A DNA stretch of 64,000 nt, taken from the NCBI GenBank assembly GCA_035526585.1, contig DATLCC010000027.1, positions 2,660 to 66,659 of the forward strand, in the 5' to 3' direction. Below are positions 8,671-16,367 of this stretch, piece after piece; position 1 is the first letter of the stretch, and every line of letters starts with the position of its first letter. The notes below the pieces were generated by a model, which was not told the DNA's origin, did no database searches, and was given only the letters and a program-made list of their open reading frames with translations. This stretch comes from Thermoplasmatota archaeon. Its GTDB lineage: Archaea > Thermoplasmatota > SW-10-69-26 > JACQPN01 > JAJPHT01. The position numbers and the translations under genes are program-made.

Positions 8671-9105
8671 TCAGCGGTCGCCTTTGACGAGCACCTTCGT
8701 CGGCGCTTCCGTGAACCCCAGGCTCTTGAAGTAGGGCTCGAGCGTCGCCGTCTCGGGGTCCACGAGCGTCTGGATGCGCGTGACGCCCAGGCGGTGGAAC
8801 TGGTCCAGCACCTTCTCGCCGAGGAGCTTGCCAAGGCCGTGCCCCTGCGCCTTCGGGTCGACGCCCAGCGCGATGATCCAACCGACGTGCGCGCGGCGGC
8901 CGAACTCCCAAGGACGGATGTCCGCCAGCACGAAGCCGACGAGCCTTCCCTCCTTCTCCACGCCAAAGCACGTGGTCGTCTCGGCGATCAGGCGCCAGAG
9001 GTCGTTGTCCCCGTTCTTCACCGGCGTCTTCGTCACGGACGCGTCGATCTCCAGGATCCGGTCGACGTCCTTCAGCGTCAGCGAGCGCACGCGAGTGTCC
9101 GACAT
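8671..9105 (-). CDS. GNAT-family N-acetyltransferase (144 aa)
   Basis: This is the C-terminal part of track ORF 8671..9759, from the ATG at 9105. The acetyl-CoA binding core is IIALGVDPKAQGHGLGKLLGEKVL (the Q/R-x-x-G-x-G/A motif). Length and layout are typical of RimI-like GNATs. Confidence 0.8.
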   Translation of the reverse strand: MSDTRVRSLTLKDVDRILEIDASVTKTPVKNGDNDLWRLIAETTTCFGVEKEGRLVGFVLADIRPWEFGRRAHVGWIIALGVDPKAQGHGLGKLLGEKVLDQFHRLGVTRIQTLVDPETATLEPYFKSLGFTEAPTKVLVKGDR

Positions 9106-9160
9106 CGAGCGTGCGAGCGCCGACCCATGGTTTGAAACTGCGCGAACGGGCAGCGCCCGC

Positions 9161-10108
9161 ATGCGGCCGATCGTCGCTCTCGCCGCCCTCCTCCTGACCG
9201 GATGCATGGGGACCCCCGGATCCTCGGACGCGCCCACGCCCACGGTCGCGACCGCGACCGCTCCCCAGGCCTCCCCCTCCGGAACCCTTGCGTTCGCCTC
9301 GTATGCGATCGCGAGCGACGCGCGCTGGCCGGAGACGACCACGCTCGACGACCTCGACCGCTTGTACTCGCTGGAGCTGCGCGTCGAGATCCCATGGCCC
9401 GAAGCGTCCGACCCGACCACGGCCACGATGGCGCTCACCGACGCGGGCCACCCGCTCGCCACGCACGTCGAGCGCGGCTCCGCGAGCGTCGGGCCGGGAC
9501 CGGACGCCGCGCGCGACCACCTCACCTTCTGGATCCAAGCTGGCCTACACGCGTTCGACGGCTCCGACCTAGTCGGCGACAAGATCGTCGACTTCGCAGG
9601 ACGGAGCCTCGCCGTCCCCACGCTCGCGCACAATGCCACGCTCGTCGCGCACCTCGTCTGGGCCGACGACAACGGAACGCACGAGCGCAACGAGACGCTC
9701 CGGCTGCCCACGAGACCGCAAGGTCTCGCGCCCGACACGCGGGATCTCCTCGTCCTCACGGGACTTGGTGGATGGGTGGAAAGCGTCCCGTCGGACGATC
9801 GACATCAGCCGGCGAGCTGCAGGTACAGCACGAGCGGCAGCGCGAGCGCGGCGACATCCAGGCCCTTCTTCGTGAGCGAGTACTCCACGCGCACCGGCAT
9901 CTCGTCGAACATGCGCCGCTCCACGAGCCCCTGCTCCTCCAGGTCGCGCAGGCGCTGCGTGAGCGTGCGCCCGCTGATGCCGGAAAGCGAGGTCTTGAGC
10001 TCGCTGAAGCGCAACGTCCCGTGCTGCCCAAGGACGATCAGGATCTCGACCGTCCATTTGTTGAAGAAGACCTGCAGGTTCGCGACCACGCGATCCATCT
10101 CGCGCTGA
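9161..10108 (+). CDS. secreted lipoprotein, function unknown; 3' end uncertain
   Basis: This is track ORF 8774..10108 trimmed to the ATG at 9161. The N-terminus MRPIVALAALLLTGCMGTPGSSD is a signal peptide with a lipobox Cys. Sequence is plausible up to about 9800. The frame has no stop until 10108, so the last approximately 100 codons (S/R/C-rich) are antisense to the HxlR gene. See the corresponding finding. Confidence 0.5.
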   Translation: MRPIVALAALLLTGCMGTPGSSDAPTPTVATATAPQASPSGTLAFASYAIASDARWPETTTLDDLDRLYSLELRVEIPWPEASDPTTATMALTDAGHPLATHVERGSASVGPGPDAARDHLTFWIQAGLHAFDGSDLVGDKIVDFAGRSLAVPTLAHNATLVAHLVWADDNGTHERNETLRLPTRPQGLAPDTRDLLVLTGLGGWVESVPSDDRHQPASCRYSTSGSASAATSRPFFVSEYSTRTGISSNMRRSTSPCSSRSRRRCVSVRPLMPESEVLSSLKRNVPCCPRTIRISTVHLLKKTCRFATTRSISR

Positions 10109-10176
10109 AGGCCCGCCGACGCCGCGAGCCGTTCACGCCAGGGCTCCATCAGGCGCTCGCGGCTCTGGGCAGCCAT
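9805..10176 (-). CDS. HxlR-family winged-helix transcriptional regulator
   Basis: The HxlR signature is present: FFNKWTVEILIVLGQHGTLRFSELKTSLSGISGRTLTQRLRDLEEQGLVERRMFDEMPVRVEYSLTKKG. The track start at 10242 is TTG. I prefer the ATG at 10176 (124 aa), with the ATG at 10149 as an alternative, because a 10-bp inverted repeat occupies 10234-10243. Confidence 0.8.
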   Translation of the reverse strand: MAAQSRERLMEPWRERLAASAGLQREMDRVVANLQVFFNKWTVEILIVLGQHGTLRFSELKTSLSGISGRTLTQRLRDLEEQGLVERRMFDEMPVRVEYSLTKKGLDVAALALPLVLYLQLAG

Positions 10177-10233
10177 GGAGCGCAGGAGCGCCGCGACGAG
10201 CGCCGCCTCCGAACCTGCTCGCGGTGTCTTCGG

Positions 10234-10288
10234 AGATACCAAGGGGATCCGCCTACACCTCCCACGTTAAGACGTGTACTTGGTATCT
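10234..10288. promoter_or_regulatory. candidate operator in the divergent HxlR / acyl-CoA dehydrogenase promoter
   Basis: There is a perfect 10-bp inverted repeat, AGATACCAAG (10234-10243) and CTTGGTATCT (10279-10288). It flanks CACGT-TAAG-ACGTG (10263-10276), which contains a TTAAGA TATA-like core. GAACC-A-GGTTC follows at 10294-10304. Confidence 0.35.
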
Positions 10289-10316
10289 TTGTTGAACCAG
10301 GTTCAGGAGCAACACC

Positions 10317-11507
10317 ATGGTCGATTTCCATCTCACGCCCGACGAGCAGCGCATCATCCGCGACCTCGACGCCTTCCTCGAAAGCGAGGTCCTCCCCGTC
10401 ATGGAGGCCAACAAGCACCGCTACGACACCGACGCCGGCTGGCTCAACCCCGACGGCTCCGTCCAACCCGACGTCCTCGAAGTCTCCCGCGACATCCGCC
10501 GCCGCAGCGCCAAAGCCGGATTCTACGCCCTCCACCTCCCCAAAGAGGTCGGCGGCCTCGGCATGAGCTACTGCGGCTACCTCCAAGCCAACAAGACCGT
10601 CTTTCGCCACGGCCTCGGACTCACCCTCGCCGTCCTCGCCGCCATCGAAGGCCCCAACAAGATGCTCCTCAACCTCGACGAAGAACACCAGAAACGCTGG
10701 CTCCACCCCCTCATCCGCGGCGAAAAGACCACCTGCTTCGCCCTCACCGAACCCACCGCAGGAAGCGACGTCCGCAACATCCAGACCACCGCCACCAAGG
10801 ACGGCAACGACTGGATCATCAACGGCTCCAAGATCTTCATCACGAACGGCCCCTACGCCGACTTCGCACAAGTCTTCGCAAAAACAAGCAACGAAGGCGG
10901 CATGGGCGACATCACCGCCTTCATCGTCGAACGCGACACACCAGGATTCCAGACCGGCCCCATGCTCGAGACCGTCGCCAACAACGGCCTCCCCTGCGAA
11001 CTCCACTTCAACAACGTCCGCATCCCCGAAGAAAACATCATCGGCGGCATCGGAGAAGGCTTCTACCACGCCCTCCAGAACATCAACGACACCCGCATCC
11101 AGAACGGCGGCATGGCCATCGGACTCGCCCAACACTGCCTCGACAAGACCCTCGGCTACCTCACCACCCGCACTGCCTTCGGAAAACCCATCGGAAAATA
11201 CCAAGGGGTCAGCTTCCAAATGGCCGACTCCCTCACCGAACTACGCGCCGCTGAAATGATCAGCATGTACGCCGCCTGGAAGATCGACCAGGGCGAAGAC
11301 GCCATCCAAGAAACAAGCATGACCAAACTCTACAGCACCGAAATGCTCTGGAACGTGGCCGACCGCTGCATCCAAGCGCACGGCGCCATCGGCACCCTCC
11401 GCCGCACCGGCATCGAACGCATCCTCCGCTGGGCACGCGTCATGCGCATCTGGGAAGGCACGAGCGAGATCCAACGCATGACCATCGCGAAGACGATGGG
11501 GCTGTGA
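10317..11507 (+). CDS. acyl-CoA dehydrogenase
   Basis: At 396 aa it carries ACAD motifs: CFALTEPTAGSD, WIINGSKIFITNG, a conserved C-terminal helical domain (QGVSFQMADSLTELRAAEM, YAAWKID), and the catalytic-base region IWEGTSEIQRMTIAK. Confidence 0.92.
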   Translation: MVDFHLTPDEQRIIRDLDAFLESEVLPVMEANKHRYDTDAGWLNPDGSVQPDVLEVSRDIRRRSAKAGFYALHLPKEVGGLGMSYCGYLQANKTVFRHGLGLTLAVLAAIEGPNKMLLNLDEEHQKRWLHPLIRGEKTTCFALTEPTAGSDVRNIQTTATKDGNDWIINGSKIFITNGPYADFAQVFAKTSNEGGMGDITAFIVERDTPGFQTGPMLETVANNGLPCELHFNNVRIPEENIIGGIGEGFYHALQNINDTRIQNGGMAIGLAQHCLDKTLGYLTTRTAFGKPIGKYQGVSFQMADSLTELRAAEMISMYAAWKIDQGEDAIQETSMTKLYSTEMLWNVADRCIQAHGAIGTLRRTGIERILRWARVMRIWEGTSEIQRMTIAKTMGL

Positions 11508-11677
11508 AGCGGGAGGTCTCCACGCCGCACGTGACCATCACGTACCGCTTACGTGAGCATCCGGTGGCCATCGGGTATCGTGCACGTGATCGCCACGCGC
11601 GACGCACATGGCTCCTGCGCCTGAACCCCCGAGATGGGGTGATGGCGCGAGATCCTTGATATCCATCCTGCGTCTTT

Positions 11678-12013
11678 GTGCCCGCGTGCTTCCGATCCCC
11701 CCTTTTGCGTCGCGCGTTCCGGCGCAGCCGTTCGCGGGTGGGTGCGCTCATCGAGCTGCTTCATCGTGGTGAGCTGAGTGAACGATCGTTCGATCGCGCT
11801 TGGCGCTTTGCCGCAGAATGTCCGGTGCCTTGGTCGGCAACGATCGTTCGTATCGTCGCGTCGATCCGCTCGCGCGTTGGTCTCGTGACGTCGCGCATCG
11901 TGCGCGGGATGGAGACGTATTCGCTGACGCCCTGGGGTCTCGTGGTCGCTCGCATGCTCGAGGCGGAGTTGCAGGCGCCTCGGCCTTTGCAGCTCGCGCT
12001 GCGTGTGCCGTAG
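11678..12013 (+). CDS. possible small winged-helix DNA-binding protein (weak call)
   Basis: The track ORF reads ...VGALIELLHRGELSERSFDRAWRFAAECPVPWSATIVRIVASIRSRVGLVTSRIVRGMETYSLTPWGLVVARMLEAEL, which resembles a helix-turn-helix-wing layout. Codon third positions are noticeably less G/C-biased than in neighbouring genes. The start is uncertain (GTG 11678 or GTG 11738). A TTGATATC element lies at 11656-11663. Confidence 0.3.
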   Translation: MPACFRSPLLRRAFRRSRSRVGALIELLHRGELSERSFDRAWRFAAECPVPWSATIVRIVASIRSRVGLVTSRIVRGMETYSLTPWGLVVARMLEAELQAPRPLQLALRVP

Positions 12014-12014
12014 G

Positions 12015-14915
12015 TCATTCGACGTATCGCACGGCGATCGCGGGCGGGAGGGCGGCGGCGCGTTTCGCGGGTCCGCGTGACGCGTAGGCAGCGAGCGCGA
12101 GGACCGCGATGGCGAATGCTGCGAGCATGAGCCATGGTGGCCGGAAGGGGACGTCCTGGTCGTTGAGGGCGCGGTACCAGATGGTGTGGGCGACGAGGAC
12201 GCCGACGAGGGTGCCGATGAGGAGTCCGCCGGCGCTCGTGAGGGTGCTTTCGAGGATGAAGGCGCGGCGGACGTCGCGTTCTTCGTAGCCGAGCGCGCGC
12301 AGCGTGCCGATGTCGCGCATGCGTTCGTGGACGGCGCGGCTGGCGAGGAATCCGGTGGCGGCGAGGCCGACGAAGAGGCCGAGGGCGAGGAAGCCTTCGA
12401 AGACGAGGACGAGGGCGCGGATGCTGGCGAGGGCGGTGGCGACCTCTTCGGGGATGCTGGTGAAGGTGACGCCGTCCTCGTCGTAGAGCGCGGCGAGGCG
12501 ATGGGCGACGTCGTTGGGGTCGGCGCCGTCGCGGACGCGGACGAAGGCGGTAGCGCTCGTGGGGAATCCCATGGCGCGGACGTGGTCGGCGGCGAGCCAG
12601 GTCTGGAAGGCGAATTGGCTGCGGACGCCGCCTGCGACGACGTACTGTCGTGGGCCTCCGATCGCGGTCTCGAGCGTGATGTGGTCGCCTGGGTGGAGGT
12701 CGGTGTTCTCGAGGACGAAGTCGGGGAAGAGGATGGCGTTGCCGGCGGCGACGGCGTGCCATGCGTCGCGGTCGCTGGCGTAGTCGGGGGCCCGGTCGCT
12801 CAATTCGTACTCGTTCGCGTCGGCGAAGGCGGGTGTGGCGCCAAGGTATTGGCGGGCGCCGAACTCGAAGGGGATCTCGTGGCCGTCGCGGGTGACGTTG
12901 GCTTGCCGGAATTCGGTGTGGCGGGGTAGGAAGTCCGTGCGCTCGATGTCGCGGGCGATGTCGGGCGGGAGCGGGTGCGGGAAGGCGTCGAGGCTCGTCG
13001 CGGATTGGCCGATGATCGCGTAGCCCGCTTCTTCGCTGGGGATGGTCCCGCCGAAGACGACGAAGAGCGTCCCCATGACGGTGACGACGACGACGACGAG
13101 CGCGATCATCGCCATCGTGAGTCCGACGGGGCGTCGGCGCGCGACGAGGTATTTCGCGGCGAGGAAGGGCGCGCGGCCGTTGCGGCGCGCGAGGAGCAGG
13201 TAGGGGCGCGCGCTTGCGACGGCGAGTGCGGCGAAGCCGAGCGCCATGACGGCGCCGCGGGCGAGCGTGAGGATCGGGTCGAGCTCGCCGCGCTCTTCGG
13301 GGAAGCTGTCGAACGTGTAGAGCGACCAGACCATGTGCGCGAGGGCGGCGACGGCGGGCGCGGCGGCGAGCCAGCGCTGCTTGAAGGCGACGAGCGCGAG
13401 GGCGAGGCCGACGAGGGCGATCGGGATCCCCACCAGCCAGCCGACGCCGGCGAACGAGAGCGCGGCGCCCGCGAGCAGGAGCGCGCCGCCGAAGCCGAGC
13501 GCGAGGTTGCGCTTGCCTTTCGGGTCGTCGGGGATGCCACGGATGGCGCGCGCCGGGTCCAGGCGCGCGAAGCGCAGGCTCGCGAAGCCGATGGTCGCGA
13601 GCGGGATCAGCGTGCCCAGCGCGAACGCGAGCGCGATCGTGCCTGGCGAGACGTGGACGGCGAACTGCGGCGCGTCGTCGGGGGCGAACTGGCGGATCCC
13701 GACGAAGATCGCGACGAGGAGCGCGAGGCCGAGGGCGAGACCGACGATCGCGCTCGCGGCGGCGTACAGGCCGCCTTCGATCGTCATGCTGAGCGCGACC
13801 TCGCCGCGCGTGAGGCCGAGCGCGCGCGCGATGCCGAGCTCCGCGCGACGCTCTTCGACGAGCGCGCTGAAGAGCGTGAAGGCGAGGAGGGCGGCTGCGA
13901 GGAGCGTGAATCCGCCCATGACGAGGAGGAATCCTGTGAGCCCGGCGCCGGTCTCCTTCGCGTCGTCGATGCGATCGGCCTTCTCGGCCGTGATGTCGAA
14001 CTGCGTCGCGTTCTCGCTTGGAAGCGCGGCCTGCATCGCGGCGACGGCGCGTCGCGGGTCGCCCTCGCTGTGGTAGTAGGCGATGGTGGCGTGGCCGTGC
14101 TGTCCCATCGCGCGTTGGAGGTCGGCCAGCGGAACGAGCGCGCTCGGGCGGCCCGTGATCGCGGCGCGCCCTTCGTCCGCTGCGATCCCCACGACCTGCG
14201 CGTCGAGCGTGACCGTCGCGCTCGCAAGCGACGCGGGCAGGTAGGCGACGGCGGCGCCGCCCGCGTAGACGACCGGGACGTCGCTTGTCACGCGGAACGT
14301 CCACGTGCCCGTCTCGAGCGGGGGCTCGACGACGAGGCGCAGCGGCGACGAGGTGGAGGCGTTGGCGAACGCGATGCCGCTTGGCGCCGTGGCGGTGATC
14401 GTGACGTTGGGGCCAGGGGTCTCCCAGCCGATCTCGGCGCCGATGCCGATCGCGTTGTCGCGGACCTCCAAGGTGTGGCCCACCGACGTGGGCACGTTGC
14501 TTGCGCCGACGAGGCGCGCGACATCCGTGTCGACGCTGGACGCGCCCGGGTCCGGCGCGCGCAGCGTCACGCGGTCCCCGATGCGCGCGTCGAGGCGCGT
14601 GGCGAGCTTCTCCGAGAGGACCACCTGGCCGGGCCCGGGCTCGGGCGCGCCCGAGAGCGGCCCGAGCGTGGTCGCCTCTTGCGCCGAGACGCCGCGGATC
14701 GAGGCGAAAGGCTCGGCGCGTCCTGCGCGAGGGTGGAGCGCCGAGCCGATGACGCTCATGCTCGACGCGCCCTGCACGTACGCGACGCCGGCCGCCTGCG
14801 GGAGGCGATCGGCGATCGTCGCGTCGAAGGGCTGCTGCGAGCGGAGCACGATGTCGATCGGGCCGAACTGCGCGAGCGCCGTCTCCTCCAGCGAGACGGC
14901 GATGCTCTGCCCCAT
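12015..14915 (-). CDS. ABC exporter permease with two FtsX/MacB-type domains (at least 966 aa)
   Basis: There are two FtsX-like four-helix modules, each preceded by a large extracytoplasmic domain. Examples are ...FSALVEERRAELGIARALGLTRGEVALSMTIEGGL... and ...SRAVHERMRDIGTLRALGYEERDVRRAFILESTL.... The coordinates start at the first ATG. The conserved N-terminal helix (LRRAPLLARLARRYALRHKGQTIRAILGLLVATTVLATGLG) is encoded upstream at 14916-15041, with no canonical start codon. See the corresponding finding. Confidence 0.85.
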   Translation of the reverse strand: MGQSIAVSLEETALAQFGPIDIVLRSQQPFDATIADRLPQAAGVAYVQGASSMSVIGSALHPRAGRAEPFASIRGVSAQEATTLGPLSGAPEPGPGQVVLSEKLATRLDARIGDRVTLRAPDPGASSVDTDVARLVGASNVPTSVGHTLEVRDNAIGIGAEIGWETPGPNVTITATAPSGIAFANASTSSPLRLVVEPPLETGTWTFRVTSDVPVVYAGGAAVAYLPASLASATVTLDAQVVGIAADEGRAAITGRPSALVPLADLQRAMGQHGHATIAYYHSEGDPRRAVAAMQAALPSENATQFDITAEKADRIDDAKETGAGLTGFLLVMGGFTLLAAALLAFTLFSALVEERRAELGIARALGLTRGEVALSMTIEGGLYAAASAIVGLALGLALLVAIFVGIRQFAPDDAPQFAVHVSPGTIALAFALGTLIPLATIGFASLRFARLDPARAIRGIPDDPKGKRNLALGFGGALLLAGAALSFAGVGWLVGIPIALVGLALALVAFKQRWLAAAPAVAALAHMVWSLYTFDSFPEERGELDPILTLARGAVMALGFAALAVASARPYLLLARRNGRAPFLAAKYLVARRRPVGLTMAMIALVVVVVTVMGTLFVVFGGTIPSEEAGYAIIGQSATSLDAFPHPLPPDIARDIERTDFLPRHTEFRQANVTRDGHEIPFEFGARQYLGATPAFADANEYELSDRAPDYASDRDAWHAVAAGNAILFPDFVLENTDLHPGDHITLETAIGGPRQYVVAGGVRSQFAFQTWLAADHVRAMGFPTSATAFVRVRDGADPNDVAHRLAALYDEDGVTFTSIPEEVATALASIRALVLVFEGFLALGLFVGLAATGFLASRAVHERMRDIGTLRALGYEERDVRRAFILESTLTSAGGLLIGTLVGVLVAHTIWYRALNDQDVPFRPPWLMLAAFAIAVLALAAYASRGPAKRAAALPPAIAVRYVE

Positions 14916-15042
14916 GCCAAGGCCCGTGGCGAGGACGGTGGTCGCGACGAGGAGGCCGAGGATGGCGCGGATCGTCTGGCCCTTGTGGCGCAGCGCATAC
15001 CTGCGCGCGAGGCGAGCCAGGAGGGGCGCGCGGCGCAGCGTC

Positions 15043-15720
15043 CTAGACCACCCGTCCGTTCGACATGCGGATCGTCCGCTGGCAGATGGCCGCGACGTTC
15101 GGGTCGTGCGTGACGACGATGAACGTCTGTCCGTCCTCCCGGTTCGCGCGGCCCAGGATCTCGAGGACGTCGCGCGCCTTGTCCTGGTCGAGGTTGCCCG
15201 TGGGCTCGTCGGCGAAGACGATCGCGGGACGAGGGGCGAGCGCGCGCGCGATCGCGACGCGCTGCTGCTCGCCTCCCGAGAGGTCCTGCGGAAGGCGCGC
15301 CTCCTTGCCGGCGAGCCCGAGCGAGGCGAGGGTCGCGCGCGCAGCCGTCCGCGCGTCCCTCTCTGCGTCGCCGCGCGTGAGCAGAGGCAGCATCACGTTC
15401 TCTTCGGCCGTGAGGACGGGGATCAGGTTGTACGCCTGGAAGACGAAGCCCGCGGAGCGCGCGCGGTGGCGCGTGAGCGCGGGCTCCTTGGCGTCCGCGA
15501 GCGATGCGCCCGCGAGCACGACGTCCCCTTCCGTCGGCTTGTCGAGCCAGGAAAGGCAGTTGAGGAGCGTCGTCTTCCCGCACCCTGAGGGACCCATGAT
15601 CGCGACCATCTCGCCGCGGCGGACCTCGAGGTCGACGCCCTTCAGCGCCGCCTGGGCGAGCTCCCCTTGCCCGTAGACGCGGGTGACGCTCCGGGCGGCG
15701 ATCACGACATCGTCGGACAA
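15043..15720 (-). CDS. ABC transporter ATP-binding protein (MacB/LolD-like)
   Basis: The protein has Walker A (GPSGCGKTT), a Q-loop (FVFQAYNL), the signature LSGGEQQRVAIARAL, Walker B (IVFADEPTGNLD) and an H-loop (VVTHD). The track ORF extends to a TTG at 15867, but those 49 extra codons look non-coding. The TTG at 15720 (MSDDVVIAARSVTRVYG) gives the usual length of about 225 aa. The start remains uncertain. Confidence 0.88.
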   Translation of the reverse strand: MSDDVVIAARSVTRVYGQGELAQAALKGVDLEVRRGEMVAIMGPSGCGKTTLLNCLSWLDKPTEGDVVLAGASLADAKEPALTRHRARSAGFVFQAYNLIPVLTAEENVMLPLLTRGDAERDARTAARATLASLGLAGKEARLPQDLSGGEQQRVAIARALAPRPAIVFADEPTGNLDQDKARDVLEILGRANREDGQTFIVVTHDPNVAAICQRTIRMSNGRVV

Positions 15721-15868
15721 CGCGCGCTCGACCGGGGCGCTCCCTGAAAAGGCTGGTGCCAGGGCGAGGACGAGGTGGAGGACGAGGACGTGTAACCATT
15801 CGGTTACGGCCCTTGCGTTCGCGCTGCCCTCTCGCGGGCCCTCGTAGCGCCGTTTCGAGAACACCAAG

Positions 15869-15876
15869 CCTATATC
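15869..15876 (+). promoter_or_regulatory. TATA box (CCTATATC) upstream of the zinc-finger gene
   Basis: This is the clearest TATA-like element in the window. Its centre is about 27 nt upstream of the ATG at 15900, which fits a leaderless transcript. Confidence 0.45.
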
Positions 15877-15899
15877 GGACCCGCCCGTCGAAGGGGGCG

Positions 15900-16319
15900 A
15901 TGACCGACACGGCCCGACCCATCTGCGTCCACTGCGGCGCCGCCCTCTTCGCCCGCACCCACGGCGACATGACGTGCGTCACGCACGGCCACTTCTTCTC
16001 CCACGAGCTCCTCGACAGCGCCTTCGGCATCGGAAGCGCAGAATACTCCCGCCAGCAGGCCGAGCACGGCCCGCAAGCGCCGATCAAATGCCCTCTCGAC
16101 CGCTACGCCATGAGCCACGTCCACAGCCCCAGCGGCCGCGTCACAGGCCAAGCCTGCGGACGCTGCGGGAGCCTCTGGATCGACCTCGCCGTCATCGAGT
16201 CGGTCGGCCAGACGACGCCCGTGAGCGCGGAGTCGCCCGCGGAGAAGCGCAGCCTCCTGGCCTTCGCCTGCGCGCGCGGCATCCTCACCCCCGCGAACAA
16301 AGCGCCCCGCGCGCGCTGA
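15900..16319 (+). CDS. zinc-finger protein (two Cys/His clusters; zf-TFIIB-like C-terminal ribbon)
   Basis: This is track ORF 15756..16319 trimmed to the ATG at 15900: MTDTARPICVHCGAALFARTHGDMTCVTHGHFF...KCPLDRYAMSHVHSPSGRVTGQACGRCGSLWIDLAVIESV. The pattern C-P-x...C-x-x-C-G-x-x-W-x-D resembles the transcription-factor zinc-ribbon family (PF13453-like). This is recollection and has not been verified. Confidence 0.6.
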   Translation: MTDTARPICVHCGAALFARTHGDMTCVTHGHFFSHELLDSAFGIGSAEYSRQQAEHGPQAPIKCPLDRYAMSHVHSPSGRVTGQACGRCGSLWIDLAVIESVGQTTPVSAESPAEKRSLLAFACARGILTPANKAPRAR

Positions 16320-16367
16320 GGCAGTGGCGGGGAAGAGAAGAGGCCCGAAGGCCCAGCTTTTGCGCCT

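Noticed and set aside
11761-15113. ORFs of 847 aa (minus, 11761..14304) and 712 aa (plus, 12975..15113) overlapping the FtsX permease.
   Set aside because: They are extremely Arg/Pro/His-rich or Arg/Glu/Asp-rich shadow frames. The 12015..14915 frame carries the recognisable FtsX motifs and TM helices.
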